From the UHGV virus genome UHGV-0294963: a DNA stretch of 64,000 nucleotides; one strand, written 5' to 3'. Each line of letters begins with the position of its first letter. Within the stretch, counting starts at the first letter, position 1. The notes beneath the pieces were generated by a model. It ran no database searches, was not told where the DNA came from, and saw only the letters and a list, made by a program, of their open reading frames with translations. The stretch comes from a virus. Made by a program: the position numbers and the translations under genes. Shown here one piece after another: positions 1 through 9,734 of the stretch.

Positions 1-632
1 CTGCTGAAATGGCTCATACCAAGGGTTATGTTGAAACACTCTGGGGCAGACGAAGACACTTGTCGGTTATGATGCACGACCCCTATGAATTCAGATATAA
101 GGACGGGTGTAATCCGGATTTTGACCCGTTCGATTTAGATAACTGTAATGACACGAACGAGTTATCAGAAGCGACTAAGAAAAAGTATATCAAGGACCTG
201 CTGGGGTTCAAGTACCGTCGTGACAAGAATGAGTATATCGAAGGGTTGAAAGCTCAAGGAATTGAGGTGTCTGACTATTCATATCAGATAAGTGAGCAGA
301 GTAGAAAGTGCTTGAATGCCAGAATTCAAGGGTCGGCTGCTGATATGAGTAAGCTCGCAATGATTGCGATTGATAAAGATGAGCGGCTAAAGAAGCTCGA
401 CTGTTATCTACTTCTGATGATTCATGATGAGGTTATATGTGAATGCCCTATCGAAAACCACAAAGAAGCAATCACCTATATTAAAGAAGATATGGAAAAG
501 GTAGCATCACATCTTCCGGTACCGTTTAAGTCAGACCCTGAAACAGCGGTGTGCTGGTATGGAGCTGAGGTTGATATAGATGAAGACGGTGAGCTTGAGG
601 ACGGAGGCGATGATGGTGAAGAGAGTGCATAA
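1..632 (+). CDS. DNA polymerase, family A (Pol I-like), C-terminal part; gene starts upstream of window
   Basis: The frame is open back to position 1. GYVETLWGRRRHL matches PolA motif B region, QGSAADMSKLAMI matches the O-helix region, and LLMIHDEV is motif C. An acidic tail ends the protein. Confidence 0.8.
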   Translation, partial: AEMAHTKGYVETLWGRRRHLSVMMHDPYEFRYKDGCNPDFDPFDLDNCNDTNELSEATKKKYIKDLLGFKYRRDKNEYIEGLKAQGIEVSDYSYQISEQSRKCLNARIQGSAADMSKLAMIAIDKDERLKKLDCYLLLMIHDEVICECPIENHKEAITYIKEDMEKVASHLPVPFKSDPETAVCWYGAEVDIDEDGELEDGGDDGEESA

Positions 633-1233
633 GGTGGATATCAGTAGCAATAGTGGTATAAACTCTGTATCCTTAACATTGAATATGACATATTCAGATT
701 TCAAGGCTTGGATGTTGGGTTTAGCAGCTATGGGTGATTTATCTAGATTAGCTACCAAGGAGGTTGAGGACGTGCTTATTCACGTCCTCGCCACTATGGA
801 AACCACACCTTGGTATCTGAAACACAAGGTGTGGAGAAGGATAAACGATGATGGGGTTCTGAAAGGATACGTAGCGGCTATAGATAACCTTAGGCTTAAG
901 CAAAAACCAGAACTTATAGAAGCTTCGGTACAAATTGCACACCGAAGTGAGTGGTTAGCTAAGCTAGGTAAAGAGCGTGAAGAGAAATATAAAGCTAATC
1001 TAGAAAAGCAGATAGAAAATCTATGGCGGATAGGTATAGTCGAGGTGTGGTCTGAAGATTGGTTTGAAGATATCGAGGATTATCTAGAGCACATTCAGCG
1101 TTTGGGATACCACGTTTTCTGGAGCCAAGCTCGCAGAAATAATCAAGGTATGACTCAGCAGGTCTATTACATAACACTCAACCCACAGTTTCGGCATATG
1201 AGCGAATGGAAAAGGAGGAAAGATAATGGCTGA
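580..1233 (+). CDS. hypothetical protein, paralogous to next ORF
   Basis: 217 aa ORF overlapping the polymerase stop. Its C-terminal domain (WRIGIVEVWSEDWFEDIEDYLEHIQRLGYHVFWSQARRNNQG) is repeated in 1226..1588. Confidence 0.5.
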   Translation: MKTVSLRTEAMMVKRVHKVDISSNSGINSVSLTLNMTYSDFKAWMLGLAAMGDLSRLATKEVEDVLIHVLATMETTPWYLKHKVWRRINDDGVLKGYVAAIDNLRLKQKPELIEASVQIAHRSEWLAKLGKEREEKYKANLEKQIENLWRIGIVEVWSEDWFEDIEDYLEHIQRLGYHVFWSQARRNNQGMTQQVYYITLNPQFRHMSEWKRRKDNG

Positions 1234-1588
1234 CTTTTATCAGAAAGGAGATTGTTTTCCTGAGCTAAAGACGGCGAGCGAACAACGAGCTAACGGTGAT
1301 GCGTGGCGAGAACAGTTACAAATTCAGATTTGGTGCCAGAAGCGTGACGAGATATACCTAGCCATCAATGAGCTATGGAAGATTAAAGGTCTTGCTTGGG
1401 TAAATATCTGGGAAGAGCAGTGGTTTTCTGGTATTGAACAGTTCTTAAGTGACCTTCAGGAGATGGGTTATCATGTCTACATTGGCGATTCAGGTCGCCC
1501 TAATAATCAAGGTAAGGTTCAGAAAAGATACTGCGTGTACCTAGAAGCCTTACCGGACACAGAGGAGTGGAGTATAGATGGACAGTAG
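1226..1588 (+). CDS. hypothetical protein, tandem paralog of 580..1233 C-terminal domain
   Basis: 120 aa. LWKIKGLAWVNIWEEQWFSGIEQFLSDLQEMGYHVYIGDSGRPNNQG aligns with the upstream ORF. Confidence 0.5.
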   Translation: MADFYQKGDCFPELKTASEQRANGDAWREQLQIQIWCQKRDEIYLAINELWKIKGLAWVNIWEEQWFSGIEQFLSDLQEMGYHVYIGDSGRPNNQGKVQKRYCVYLEALPDTEEWSIDGQ

Positions 1589-1913
1589 AAACAATATAAT
1601 GAATCGAGACTGGTCAAAAGAGTTCATTACCAAGATGGAAAAGGCTATCGAGACTTCTCACTATAAGTACGGTTGGATGTCTGATACCTATCCTGAGCTT
1701 GCTCAAGCAGCAAGGTGCATACAGGAGCGATTAGACCTCTATAACAAGACGCACAACCTAGATTATCTGGTAGATATCGCCAATTTCGCAATGATTGAAT
1801 ACAAACACCCTTCTTATTCGGACGCAGCTTATACGCCACAGGACAGTGACAAATCACCAGGTCTTGCGGGAGGAATTTCACATAAGGAGTTGATGGAGCA
1901 GTATGACCGTTGA
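1578..1913 (+). CDS. hypothetical protein (weak MazG/NTP-pyrophosphohydrolase-like resemblance)
   Basis: 111 aa ORF in operon context. The MazG resemblance (DIANFAMIEY helix) is weak and from memory only. Confidence 0.4.
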   Translation: MDSRNNIMNRDWSKEFITKMEKAIETSHYKYGWMSDTYPELAQAARCIQERLDLYNKTHNLDYLVDIANFAMIEYKHPSYSDAAYTPQDSDKSPGLAGGISHKELMEQYDR

Positions 1914-2196
1914 CGACAGACTAGCTAAGATTGGATTTAGTAAGGTGTATGAAGATGTTCGGCGTGTTCACTATGAGAGGTATGACAAAGAGTATAGATA
2001 TTATCACACGGTAGTGATAGAACGTCGAAGTGTCTGGAATGAATTCCGACTGCAGTCTTATGATGAGAACCTCATCGATAATAAAAGCATTGGTAATACT
2101 AACGTGGCATTATCTACTGCCGAACTAAAGCTATTTCTTAAAAAGATGAAGCAGAAAGAGTACGAATATGTGAAACACAGAATGATACGGATTTAA
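1903..2196 (+). CDS. hypothetical protein
   Basis: 97 aa ORF immediately followed by a strong terminator. Confidence 0.4.
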   Translation: MTVDDRLAKIGFSKVYEDVRRVHYERYDKEYRYYHTVVIERRSVWNEFRLQSYDENLIDNKSIGNTNVALSTAELKLFLKKMKQKEYEYVKHRMIRI

Positions 2197-2210
2197 GCCA
2201 CCAGAGAGAA

Positions 2211-2248
2211 ACACGGTAGTGTCGTTGTCGACACTACCGTGTTTTTAT
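2211..2248. terminator. bidirectional rho-independent terminator between convergent + and - transcription
   Basis: Perfect 14 bp stem ACACGGTAGTGTCG/CGACACTACCGTGT with loop TTGT, followed by TTTTTATTT on the + strand. A pyrimidine/T-rich tract follows on the - strand. It sits between the + stop at 2196 and the - stop at 2379. Confidence 0.8.
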
Positions 2249-2274
2249 TTGTAGTTATATGATACATAAATCAC

Positions 2275-2384
2275 GTTGCTACACAACGCACGCTAATGAT
2301 TTGCGTGTGGTTCACACGAATCACATAAACTTATACATGATTTACTACCGTGTGGTATGCTTTAGCGTGCTACGTGATTTAATT
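2275..2384. repeat. family B intergenic element (inverted TTAGCGTGC sites plus CCGTGTGGTATGC)
   Basis: cgcacgctaatg ... ccgtgtggtatgctttagcgtgctacg. The same motifs recur at ~15.1, 40.9, 42.05, 45.0, 47.35 and 52.0 kb. Confidence 0.5.
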
Positions 2385-4586
2385 GAGCACTAAGAAGTGA
2401 CCTGCACTGTTCTCAGCTTTGAATGCCTGAATATCAGCTACAGGCTTCCAGTCGATGAACGTACCGTCGTTTGCTAGAAGCATTTGCATTAGAGTTTCCT
2501 TAGCGATGTCTTCAGAGTCTCCAGGAACGACAATCCCGTCAAAATTGTCTTCTGGGAGCATACACTCAGCGACAAAACCAGGGCCTTGTGCTTGAGTGTC
2601 TCTTAGGTCTTCATAACCGAGTCCATATGCAGCGAAGTCACCTTCCTCAAAAACTCGATTTGTGCCTGTATCTGCAGCTGCAGGTTCACCGACTATACCT
2701 ACGCCGCCGAGTGCATTGCTGTTAAAGCTGAGTGATGAGTTAAGACCAGCAGCATCTTCTGATTTCTTCATATGTTCCTGTCTTTTCTTAAATGCTGCTT
2801 TGAGCTTGTCTAGAGCAGATGCTCCTTTGTTTGCGTCACAGCTGGTATCTGAATTAGCATGCTTAGATGCGTCTAGATTGTCTTCGTCACCGTGAAGCAT
2901 ATCGTAAGAAGCCGCTGCCTGCTTGATATAGTTGACAGCATCGCTGCCCTTCATTCTCTTATCCAAGCTGCCTGATTCGGTACGGATAATGCTGTAATCC
3001 TTGAATAAGGTTACATAGACAGTTGCGTTTGCCAAGTCACCTGAGGCAATCATTTCATTATCATTGTATCCCGCAGGTGCTACGAAAGCACCGATATCGC
3101 CGACTTTGACTTCAACGCTGGTAGTATCAGGATTCTTCTCAATTGCACGAGTAAGAGCAGCTTGGAGCGACTCGTCGGTGAGCTCATCGGTAAGCACTTC
3201 TGTAGTGTTTTCGTCAAGTGAGGCATCAAGGTCCTCCCAGTTGACATCTTTGTACTTTCTTGCGATGTACTTCTGGATGTCAGGTTTAACCTTCATCGCT
3301 TCTTTTCTTCCGATGTACTTATTGAGAAGCAGCCAGGTTACGATAGACGCATCCAGCTTATATGCTTCTTGAGGAGTGATGAGCTTCTGCTCGACCATAG
3401 GCTGAAGAAGTTTCGCATTTTTTCTGTAAGCATCGATAGGCTTAATTGTTCCTGCCTTGACGCCTTCCAGAATTGCGGCAGGGTCATCAGGAATATTCTC
3501 TGCAACGGAGTACAATCCTTTCTTAATTAGCTTATCCTTTAGTGCTGGGTCAACCTTAACAGCATAGTCAGGTGAAATATAACCCTGTTGTACCAGCCAA
3601 AGAATCCTATCAGGAGCTCTACGTGCAACGATTTCTGGTGCAATCAAGCCCTTGGTGACAAGGTCTTTAGCAAGTGTCGGCTTAGCTTTGAGAACCTTTT
3701 CTGCATCGACATAACCCTTCGTGACCAAACGCATAACACCAGGTGTGCTCATACGGTCGAGGTCAGACTTTTTAAGTTCTGCGATGCCGTCTGCGAGGAA
3801 GTACTCATAGCAGCGAGCTGGAGGATTCTGCAGCATACTATCGACCATATCAGACAAAAGACCTGCAAGCCAGTAAGCTGTATGCTGGTCTCTCTTGTTC
3901 GCATTGTCACCGTTTGCTGTATATCCATACATACCCTGCTCAACATCGATGAATCTTCCCGACCTATGGTAGATTAGATGAGCCTCAGAGTTAGGATTGT
4001 AGTTAGGTTCGAATGACCAATCATCTACACCGCTCTCATCAGTCTCAGCACCCACCTCAACCGTGAGTGAAGACTTGGCTACCCACTGGGTAGTGCCGAG
4101 TTTTTGAGAAGTGTACATCAAGGTTGACAGAATTAGGTCATCACCTTTGTTCTCACGGAAGGCGGTATAACGGAATCCGGGAGGAAGGTCAACAGCTTCT
4201 TGTGCAGCTCTGAATACGTTCTTGACACGCACTGCTACACCAGGGTCAAGTGCAGAATTAAGCCCAGTGCTCTGACCTTTGAGTGAATTATAGAAAGCAT
4301 CGATGCGTCTGCAGCACTCAAGATTGGTATCAAGCCAATCACCGAGGTCTTCTGCACACATATCAGGGCTTTCGATGTCATACTGCGGAACATATGCAAA
4401 TCCTTCTTCGGTAGCTTCACTATTCTCTGTCGGAGTATAAATCTCGACAGCAGTACCGTCAGGAAGATTGATTGTAAAGCCTACCTTTGAGTCATCAATG
4501 ATAGTACCTTCTGTTCTGCAGCAGTTGAGTGTTCGGGCATTTGCAATGCCCATCGTTTTGCACATTTCTGAAATAAATACGTTCAT
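2379..4586 (-). CDS. large virion-associated protein (735 aa), last gene of late operon; function unknown (tail or internal protein)
   Basis: Long ORF with RBS AAAGGAGGT. It has internal ~20 aa repeats (LVTKGxIxPE-like) and one LNSS motif near the C-terminus. It lies downstream of the tube candidate. Confidence 0.55.
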   Translation of the reverse strand: MNVFISEMCKTMGIANARTLNCCRTEGTIIDDSKVGFTINLPDGTAVEIYTPTENSEATEEGFAYVPQYDIESPDMCAEDLGDWLDTNLECCRRIDAFYNSLKGQSTGLNSALDPGVAVRVKNVFRAAQEAVDLPPGFRYTAFRENKGDDLILSTLMYTSQKLGTTQWVAKSSLTVEVGAETDESGVDDWSFEPNYNPNSEAHLIYHRSGRFIDVEQGMYGYTANGDNANKRDQHTAYWLAGLLSDMVDSMLQNPPARCYEYFLADGIAELKKSDLDRMSTPGVMRLVTKGYVDAEKVLKAKPTLAKDLVTKGLIAPEIVARRAPDRILWLVQQGYISPDYAVKVDPALKDKLIKKGLYSVAENIPDDPAAILEGVKAGTIKPIDAYRKNAKLLQPMVEQKLITPQEAYKLDASIVTWLLLNKYIGRKEAMKVKPDIQKYIARKYKDVNWEDLDASLDENTTEVLTDELTDESLQAALTRAIEKNPDTTSVEVKVGDIGAFVAPAGYNDNEMIASGDLANATVYVTLFKDYSIIRTESGSLDKRMKGSDAVNYIKQAAASYDMLHGDEDNLDASKHANSDTSCDANKGASALDKLKAAFKKRQEHMKKSEDAAGLNSSLSFNSNALGGVGIVGEPAAADTGTNRVFEEGDFAAYGLGYEDLRDTQAQGPGFVAECMLPEDNFDGIVVPGDSEDIAKETLMQMLLANDGTFIDWKPVADIQAFKAENSAGHFLVLN

Positions 4587-4601
4587 GCTACTCTACCTCC
4601 T

Positions 4602-5150
4602 TTAAGACATAGGTCCCAGGTAAATTGCACGAGAAACTTCAAGTGTGCAGTTGAACTTGACAATGTCCGAAGACTTGTAGTCAGCATCGCCGAAACCTAG
4701 CGATGAAATCCAGACGCCTCTCCACTTCCAGATACGAGAGAAGTTAGGGTCTCCATCACCAGAATCACGAAGAACATAAGCGTCCTTCATATAGCGGCTT
4801 GGTCTTCCCACCTTTTCTGTAGCAGCGTCGAATACCTGCTGGTCAAGGTCAACCAAAGCCTGCTGGCTGTCCAATCCAACGTATCCCTTGATAGTCCAAG
4901 ATACGTTCTGGTATGTAGGCTTACCTGCAAACTTCAAGCTGTCATTGCCGTAGAAGTCTTCGATTACGCCGTAACCTTTCTTGAACTCACCCAGGGAGTC
5001 TGTAGATAGCGTCAAGATATCCGAAAATGAAGCAAGCTCAGAAGAGTTGACATTGTATAGTCTAATCTCGAACTTGTCTTTCAGATATGGCATATAGTCG
5101 TCCTGACCAATCATGTGGTCAGTGCCATAATACATTCTGTCCATCCACAT
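4602..5150 (-). CDS. putative tail tube protein
   Basis: 182 aa with a strong RBS. Size and position next to the sheath gene fit a tube protein. No diagnostic motif was found. Confidence 0.4.
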   Translation of the reverse strand: MWMDRMYYGTDHMIGQDDYMPYLKDKFEIRLYNVNSSELASFSDILTLSTDSLGEFKKGYGVIEDFYGNDSLKFAGKPTYQNVSWTIKGYVGLDSQQALVDLDQQVFDAATEKVGRPSRYMKDAYVLRDSGDGDPNFSRIWKWRGVWISSLGFGDADYKSSDIVKFNCTLEVSRAIYLGPMS

Positions 5151-5184
5151 AGACTCGTCCTCCTTTTTAATTGATTTTAACTGT

Positions 5185-5260
5185 TCTGCTTAAATGCACG
5201 AAGGTACAGTGTATAAATTTACAGCCTAACCGACGCAGCATTTAAGCAAAACCGCTGTGC
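5185..5260. repeat. family C inverted repeat (CTGCTTAAATGCA ... GCATTTAAGCAAAAC)
   Basis: ~12 bp arms flank a TGTATAAATTTACA core, between the HU and tube genes. Confidence 0.5.
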
Positions 5261-5536
5261 TTACTTGTTCACACGCTCTTTGAGCTTGTAGCTTACCTTG
5301 AGCGCCGGTGCCTTGCTAGCATTGATGTCGATAGGCTGCTTTGTCTGAGGATTGATGCCCTTACGAGCTGCTCTCTCACGGACTTCGAATGTACCGAAGG
5401 ACTGAATGGTAACACTGTCACCCTGCTCAAGTGCTTCTGTGATTACATCGAACACACCGTCGATTGCTTTGTATGCCTGCTCATTAGTGAAGCCTGCCTT
5501 TTCTTTGAGTTTGGAAACGAATTCCTGCTTATTCAT
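5261..5536 (-). CDS. HU/IHF-family histone-like DNA-binding protein
   Basis: 91 aa. GFGTFEVRERAARKGINPQT is the canonical HU arm motif. The N-terminal helices resemble bacterial HU. Confidence 0.85.
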   Translation of the reverse strand: MNKQEFVSKLKEKAGFTNEQAYKAIDGVFDVITEALEQGDSVTIQSFGTFEVRERAARKGINPQTKQPIDINASKAPALKVSYKLKERVNK

Positions 5537-5627
5537 AATATCTAACTCCTTTGTAATAGATTAGTGATGTGCGTCTGTAACGAACGCCCCACGTTCTAAT
5601 ATACAGACGCACATCAGTATCACGGTA

Positions 5628-8285
5628 TTAGTCGTATGTCTCCTGGAAACCTGTAGGAGGAAGCAGGAACAAGTCGACATCGACTGTGTCAATAACACCA
5701 GTAACAGCAAGCTCAACCCTACCAATAACGGTGTTAGCATTGATGCGGTCAAGGTTAATGATATCGGGGTTCATGATAATACGATAGCCCCATGGATTGT
5801 ACTCATTACCTGTAAGAGCACCGACAGCTCTCATTTCATCAAGCAGAGGACTGAGTCCTGCATAGAAGTGTGAATATGCGTCTTCATTGTTGTATCTAAA
5901 CAGAATCTGAAGTGCTGTGTCCCAGATACGCTGCTTAACTCTGTTGGTAAGGAATCTGGTAGACAGATTCTGAAGTGCGTTGTAGGAACCAAGCGGCTTA
6001 TCCCAGAGTGTGCTATTACCAAAGCAAGTGAATCCCTTACCAGGAACCTCCATCAATGGATTTAAGCACACACCTTCGTCATGGTCTTGAATGAGGTCAA
6101 GATAATGCCTCTTGATTTTATATTCAGGTGTATGAACGACACCAGTACCGAGCATGCCCGCAGGTACCATCCACCACTTATTCTGCCCACCAACTCCCTT
6201 AGCATTGATGATAAGAAGTAGGTGTGCGATTTCAGGTGCAATCCAGGAATTAGCACCTGAAAGTGCTAGTGTAGTCTTACACCAAGGACCTACGACTTCA
6301 CCAAATGTCGAGTAGGTAGGACCTACGGCCTGGGAGACAGAATCCTTATACTTAAGAGCACCTGTCTTGACTGCAGAAGACCCTGTGCCTGTCTGAATAC
6401 CTCTAGGCATGCCGAAAGGTGTGCCAATGAGTGCAGCTCCGCACTTAGAATTAGCGGCAACTTCAATCATCTTGGTTACAAGCGTTGATACCTCATACTC
6501 CATGTAGAACGGATTAGCAGATGTATCACCATTTGCTTCAAGGAAGGACTGCGGTACATATTGGTCATCTGCGATACCCTGAACAAGGGCATCCCAATCA
6601 TAGACGATAGGGTCTGTAAGTTCATCGACTGTCTTATAGAAACGGCTATACATTATCTGCTGATTATATAGACGAACTAGAGCGTCAGGTTCATCAGTTG
6701 CGTATTTGGTTGCAATTCGATTAATATAATCGTAGAACTGACTATCAGTCGGAAAACGTTCTGCGACGATTGCTTTAACATCGTCGACTGTAATCTCTTC
6801 ACCGTCAGGTAATGTAGTTGCGTAGTCGGTACCATATATGAGTGAGGTAACCTGAACTCCGGTCGGATACTCTGAAGGAGAAATATTAGCTCCAGAACTG
6901 TAGACAATGAATGAAGGAGAGTCTAGGTTACTGAACGTAGCTTCTGTGATTAAAGGTCGATTGTCAGTAGCTGCGTCCTCATCAAATGCTACAGAAACGA
7001 TTTCTAGAAGCTGGTCGGTAGGAACAATCTCATTCGGGTTATTGTTATAACCGTTGTTGTCGAACACCTCGACTGTACCGATTTTGAAACCATCACTATT
7101 TAGGCCGCACTTAATGCGAACCTTCAGGTTGTTGCCGAACGAACCAGGGAATTTGGCTTGGAATCGAATGAGCTGAGTAGTTGATGGGATACTGGCAGCA
7201 ACACCTTCCGCGTAGAGTATGTCATGATTGCCAGAAGGTCGGTCTGTCCATGCGGAACCTAGTCGAACAGTGAACAATCCCAAATCAGAGTCATCTGAAG
7301 TGCTAGAGTAGATGTTCGATATACTGTTGTCAGATACAGCCTTGAGGCTCAGAAGTGCAGGTATGCTTTCAAGTTGAATGTACGTGAAGTCAGGTGCAAG
7401 AACGCTGTCGACAGTAATTGTACCATTCATTGCAGCAACACTAGGAACGTAAGTCGAGGTCTCTGTAATTGTGATATTACGTCTTTCAAGTACCGTACCG
7501 TCGGATGCGAATACAGATACCTGAACTGTGCCAGAAACAGTAACCTTCTTACCACGCTCTGACTTGTTGCCGACGATGACCGTTGAGTTTGTTGGCTTAA
7601 TCTGAGTAGTAAGAACTTCAGGCTTGCCGAACGCAACAATCAATGGCTTTTTCGTGTCGATTGCAGTTGCAGACTTAGCAGAAATCTTGAACTGGTTAGG
7701 AATAGAACCATGCACCGTCTTGTATCTATTGGTAACCGGGTCATAGACAGCCGAGAATACCTTGTATCTCAGAGTAGAATCTGGGTCAGGCATACCCCAA
7801 TCCCACACGATTCTACCGCCGACAAGTGTGTCGCGAGGAATATAAAATCTATACGGGATATTCTTATATGAAGCTGCTGTAGGTGTAGTCACCATATCAG
7901 GATAAAGCATAAGCGTATCGGCTGCAGGAGTAGGCTCTGTACCTCCGATAGGAACCACATATAGACTGTTGTGGCTTTTCTCACCCAGACCATCGACTCT
8001 CTTGACAAGAATATCATAGCCAGAAGCGAGAAGTTTGAGTGCGTAGTCGTACGATTTCTCGCGAGCACCAAGATACTTGTTCGCACCTCTGAAGGTCGAT
8101 ACAAAGTCTGTAGTGCCCCGGAAGCCTGCACTGAAATGTACCCAGTCCGGGTTGGCGTCCTCGTCACCCTCTACGAAGGTAGGACCCCAGATTGCAGCAA
8201 TCGGGAAAGCAACCGTTGCGTAAGAATTATTCTTAGTCTGGAAGCTGTAAGTCTCCGAATGCTCATAGATGTTAATTCTTGGCAT
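5628..8285 (-). CDS. tail sheath protein
   Basis: The ORF table starts at a TTG at 8291; an ATG with AGGAGGAG RBS is at 8285. The N-terminus (AIWGPTF...DFVSTFRGANKYLGAREKSYDYALKLLASGYDILVKRVD) resembles the sheath N-domain, e.g. T4 gp18 FQWGPAF...YGNDLRVVRAVD. The C-terminal region (WWMVPAGMLGTG...NPL...VIGRVELAVTGV) resembles the sheath C-domain. Comparison is from memory only. Confidence 0.6.
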   Translation of the reverse strand: MPRINIYEHSETYSFQTKNNSYATVAFPIAAIWGPTFVEGDEDANPDWVHFSAGFRGTTDFVSTFRGANKYLGAREKSYDYALKLLASGYDILVKRVDGLGEKSHNSLYVVPIGGTEPTPAADTLMLYPDMVTTPTAASYKNIPYRFYIPRDTLVGGRIVWDWGMPDPDSTLRYKVFSAVYDPVTNRYKTVHGSIPNQFKISAKSATAIDTKKPLIVAFGKPEVLTTQIKPTNSTVIVGNKSERGKKVTVSGTVQVSVFASDGTVLERRNITITETSTYVPSVAAMNGTITVDSVLAPDFTYIQLESIPALLSLKAVSDNSISNIYSSTSDDSDLGLFTVRLGSAWTDRPSGNHDILYAEGVAASIPSTTQLIRFQAKFPGSFGNNLKVRIKCGLNSDGFKIGTVEVFDNNGYNNNPNEIVPTDQLLEIVSVAFDEDAATDNRPLITEATFSNLDSPSFIVYSSGANISPSEYPTGVQVTSLIYGTDYATTLPDGEEITVDDVKAIVAERFPTDSQFYDYINRIATKYATDEPDALVRLYNQQIMYSRFYKTVDELTDPIVYDWDALVQGIADDQYVPQSFLEANGDTSANPFYMEYEVSTLVTKMIEVAANSKCGAALIGTPFGMPRGIQTGTGSSAVKTGALKYKDSVSQAVGPTYSTFGEVVGPWCKTTLALSGANSWIAPEIAHLLLIINAKGVGGQNKWWMVPAGMLGTGVVHTPEYKIKRHYLDLIQDHDEGVCLNPLMEVPGKGFTCFGNSTLWDKPLGSYNALQNLSTRFLTNRVKQRIWDTALQILFRYNNEDAYSHFYAGLSPLLDEMRAVGALTGNEYNPWGYRIIMNPDIINLDRINANTVIGRVELAVTGVIDTVDVDLFLLPPTGFQETYD

Positions 8286-8889
8286 CTTCAATCTCCTCCT
8301 TTACGTTATTATATAACTCAGAATCTATGTACCAATCCAGATAACGTAGATTTTTTCTCCTGATGTCGATGATGTTAGCGCCTAACACACGAATCGGAAT
8401 TATCTGTTGATATAGGATTCCGGATACCGAGAATTGGTCAACTCCAGAACTGCTCTGAAAGTCACCATTTATTAAAATTTGACCGTGAATTGAGCGGTCA
8501 GAGCCATAAGGTAGATTTACCGTAAGCCTAGGTTTATTTAAGAACAAGAATGATATCTCGCTTGTCAGCTCGTCGATATCGTCTTGTGTATATGCAAGTA
8601 GAGTAACTGTATAATCCGCTTGTATCGGTACAGCCTGCTCATTTATTTTCTTGTGTTCTTGAACTCTGTCGACCCTGCCCTTACGAGCTATCGGCCAGGA
8701 CTGTAATTGCCTTTCAGGAGTCCAGTTAGTTCTGAAAAGCACAACAGCTGGTAGTTGAAGTCGATTTTCCTTGTGCATTGCGATAACATTCCAGTAATCT
8801 TTTACTGGAACTATCGCAACCTCACCCTTGAAATTTTCTTTGAAATACTCGTAGAGTGCGGTATCATATAGGTGTATCATTAGCTTCAC
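8272..8889 (-). CDS. hypothetical structural protein (neck/tail-terminator region)
   Basis: 205 aa ORF in the late operon between neck candidates and the sheath. Confidence 0.45.
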   Translation of the reverse strand: MKLMIHLYDTALYEYFKENFKGEVAIVPVKDYWNVIAMHKENRLQLPAVVLFRTNWTPERQLQSWPIARKGRVDRVQEHKKINEQAVPIQADYTVTLLAYTQDDIDELTSEISFLFLNKPRLTVNLPYGSDRSIHGQILINGDFQSSSGVDQFSVSGILYQQIIPIRVLGANIIDIRRKNLRYLDWYIDSELYNNVKEEIEDAKN

Positions 8890-9211
8890 CTACTCCCGTA
8901 TCTGAAGAGGATGTGCTAGACGTCTGAGTAGATGAAGAACTAATGCCTTCGTCGAAACCACCACCGGTGTCTATATCGATATTGGTTCCGCCCTGGGCAG
9001 TAACCTCAGCACCGAAGTCTGCATCATCCAGCGAATCTTCCTCAATTCTGTAAAGGAGTCCCTCAGGAATATTGAACAGACCCCCGCATAATGGACACTG
9101 ACACGCATAAGGCAGATTCTCAGAATCGACTTCGATAAGTGTCTTTGGTGTCGAATCGGGCATAGCTAATCCTGAGTCTTTCAGGTTATCAGGTAATTGC
9201 ATTTTAATCAT
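8864..9211 (-). CDS. hypothetical structural protein with zinc-ribbon (CQCPLCGG)
   Basis: 115 aa with a Cys motif and an S/T-rich acidic C-terminus. Confidence 0.45.
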   Translation of the reverse strand: MIKMQLPDNLKDSGLAMPDSTPKTLIEVDSENLPYACQCPLCGGLFNIPEGLLYRIEEDSLDDADFGAEVTAQGGTNIDIDTGGGFDEGISSSSTQTSSTSSSDTGVGEANDTPI

Positions 9212-9219
9212 ATTCTCAC

Positions 9220-9711
9220 CTACTCTTTTAAGAACCGTCTGGGTTCAGAATTTTTCTTAGCGATGTCTCTTTCAGTCTGTTCGGTTAGGGGTCTATGATT
9301 ACCCACAAGCGGAACTATCTGACATATGATATGGTCAGGACATACCAGTCCTGTAGTCAGCTGTGTTACTTGGAACAGCCTGGTTTCGATTGCGGTTACC
9401 TGACCGTCGATTTCGAAGAGACAACCTCGTTGGATATGAGGTACATCAAATGGGACATGAATAAGGAAGGGTAGATTGTCAGATTTTTCGACAACCCACC
9501 CTAGATTCCTATATGTCGTTAGTTTGGGTTCTCCTTCGAAAATACCGAATACCGGTATACGTTCGGAATACCCATCAGGAGCAGGTTGATTGAAGAAATC
9601 GATATTGTTGTTGAGTGGGTATCTGTACTGAAACTCCACGCCTACCTCATATACAGTGTGCTTGAATTGTTCCCTCAGATACCTGATTTCCTCAGGGACG
9701 ATTAGACTCAT
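9220..9711 (-). CDS. hypothetical head-tail joining protein
   Basis: 163 aa ORF in the late operon. Confidence 0.45.
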   Translation of the reverse strand: MSLIVPEEIRYLREQFKHTVYEVGVEFQYRYPLNNNIDFFNQPAPDGYSERIPVFGIFEGEPKLTTYRNLGWVVEKSDNLPFLIHVPFDVPHIQRGCLFEIDGQVTAIETRLFQVTQLTTGLVCPDHIICQIVPLVGNHRPLTEQTERDIAKKNSEPRRFLKE

Positions 9712-9734
9712 AGCTGCTCCTCCCTTACTGTAGA

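Noticed and set aside
2662-4420. Several 60-130 aa ORFs on both strands inside the 735 aa gene
   Set aside because: They are internal to a long RBS-supported ORF. Their composition is low-complexity Ser/Ala-rich or Cys-rich, typical of alternative frames.
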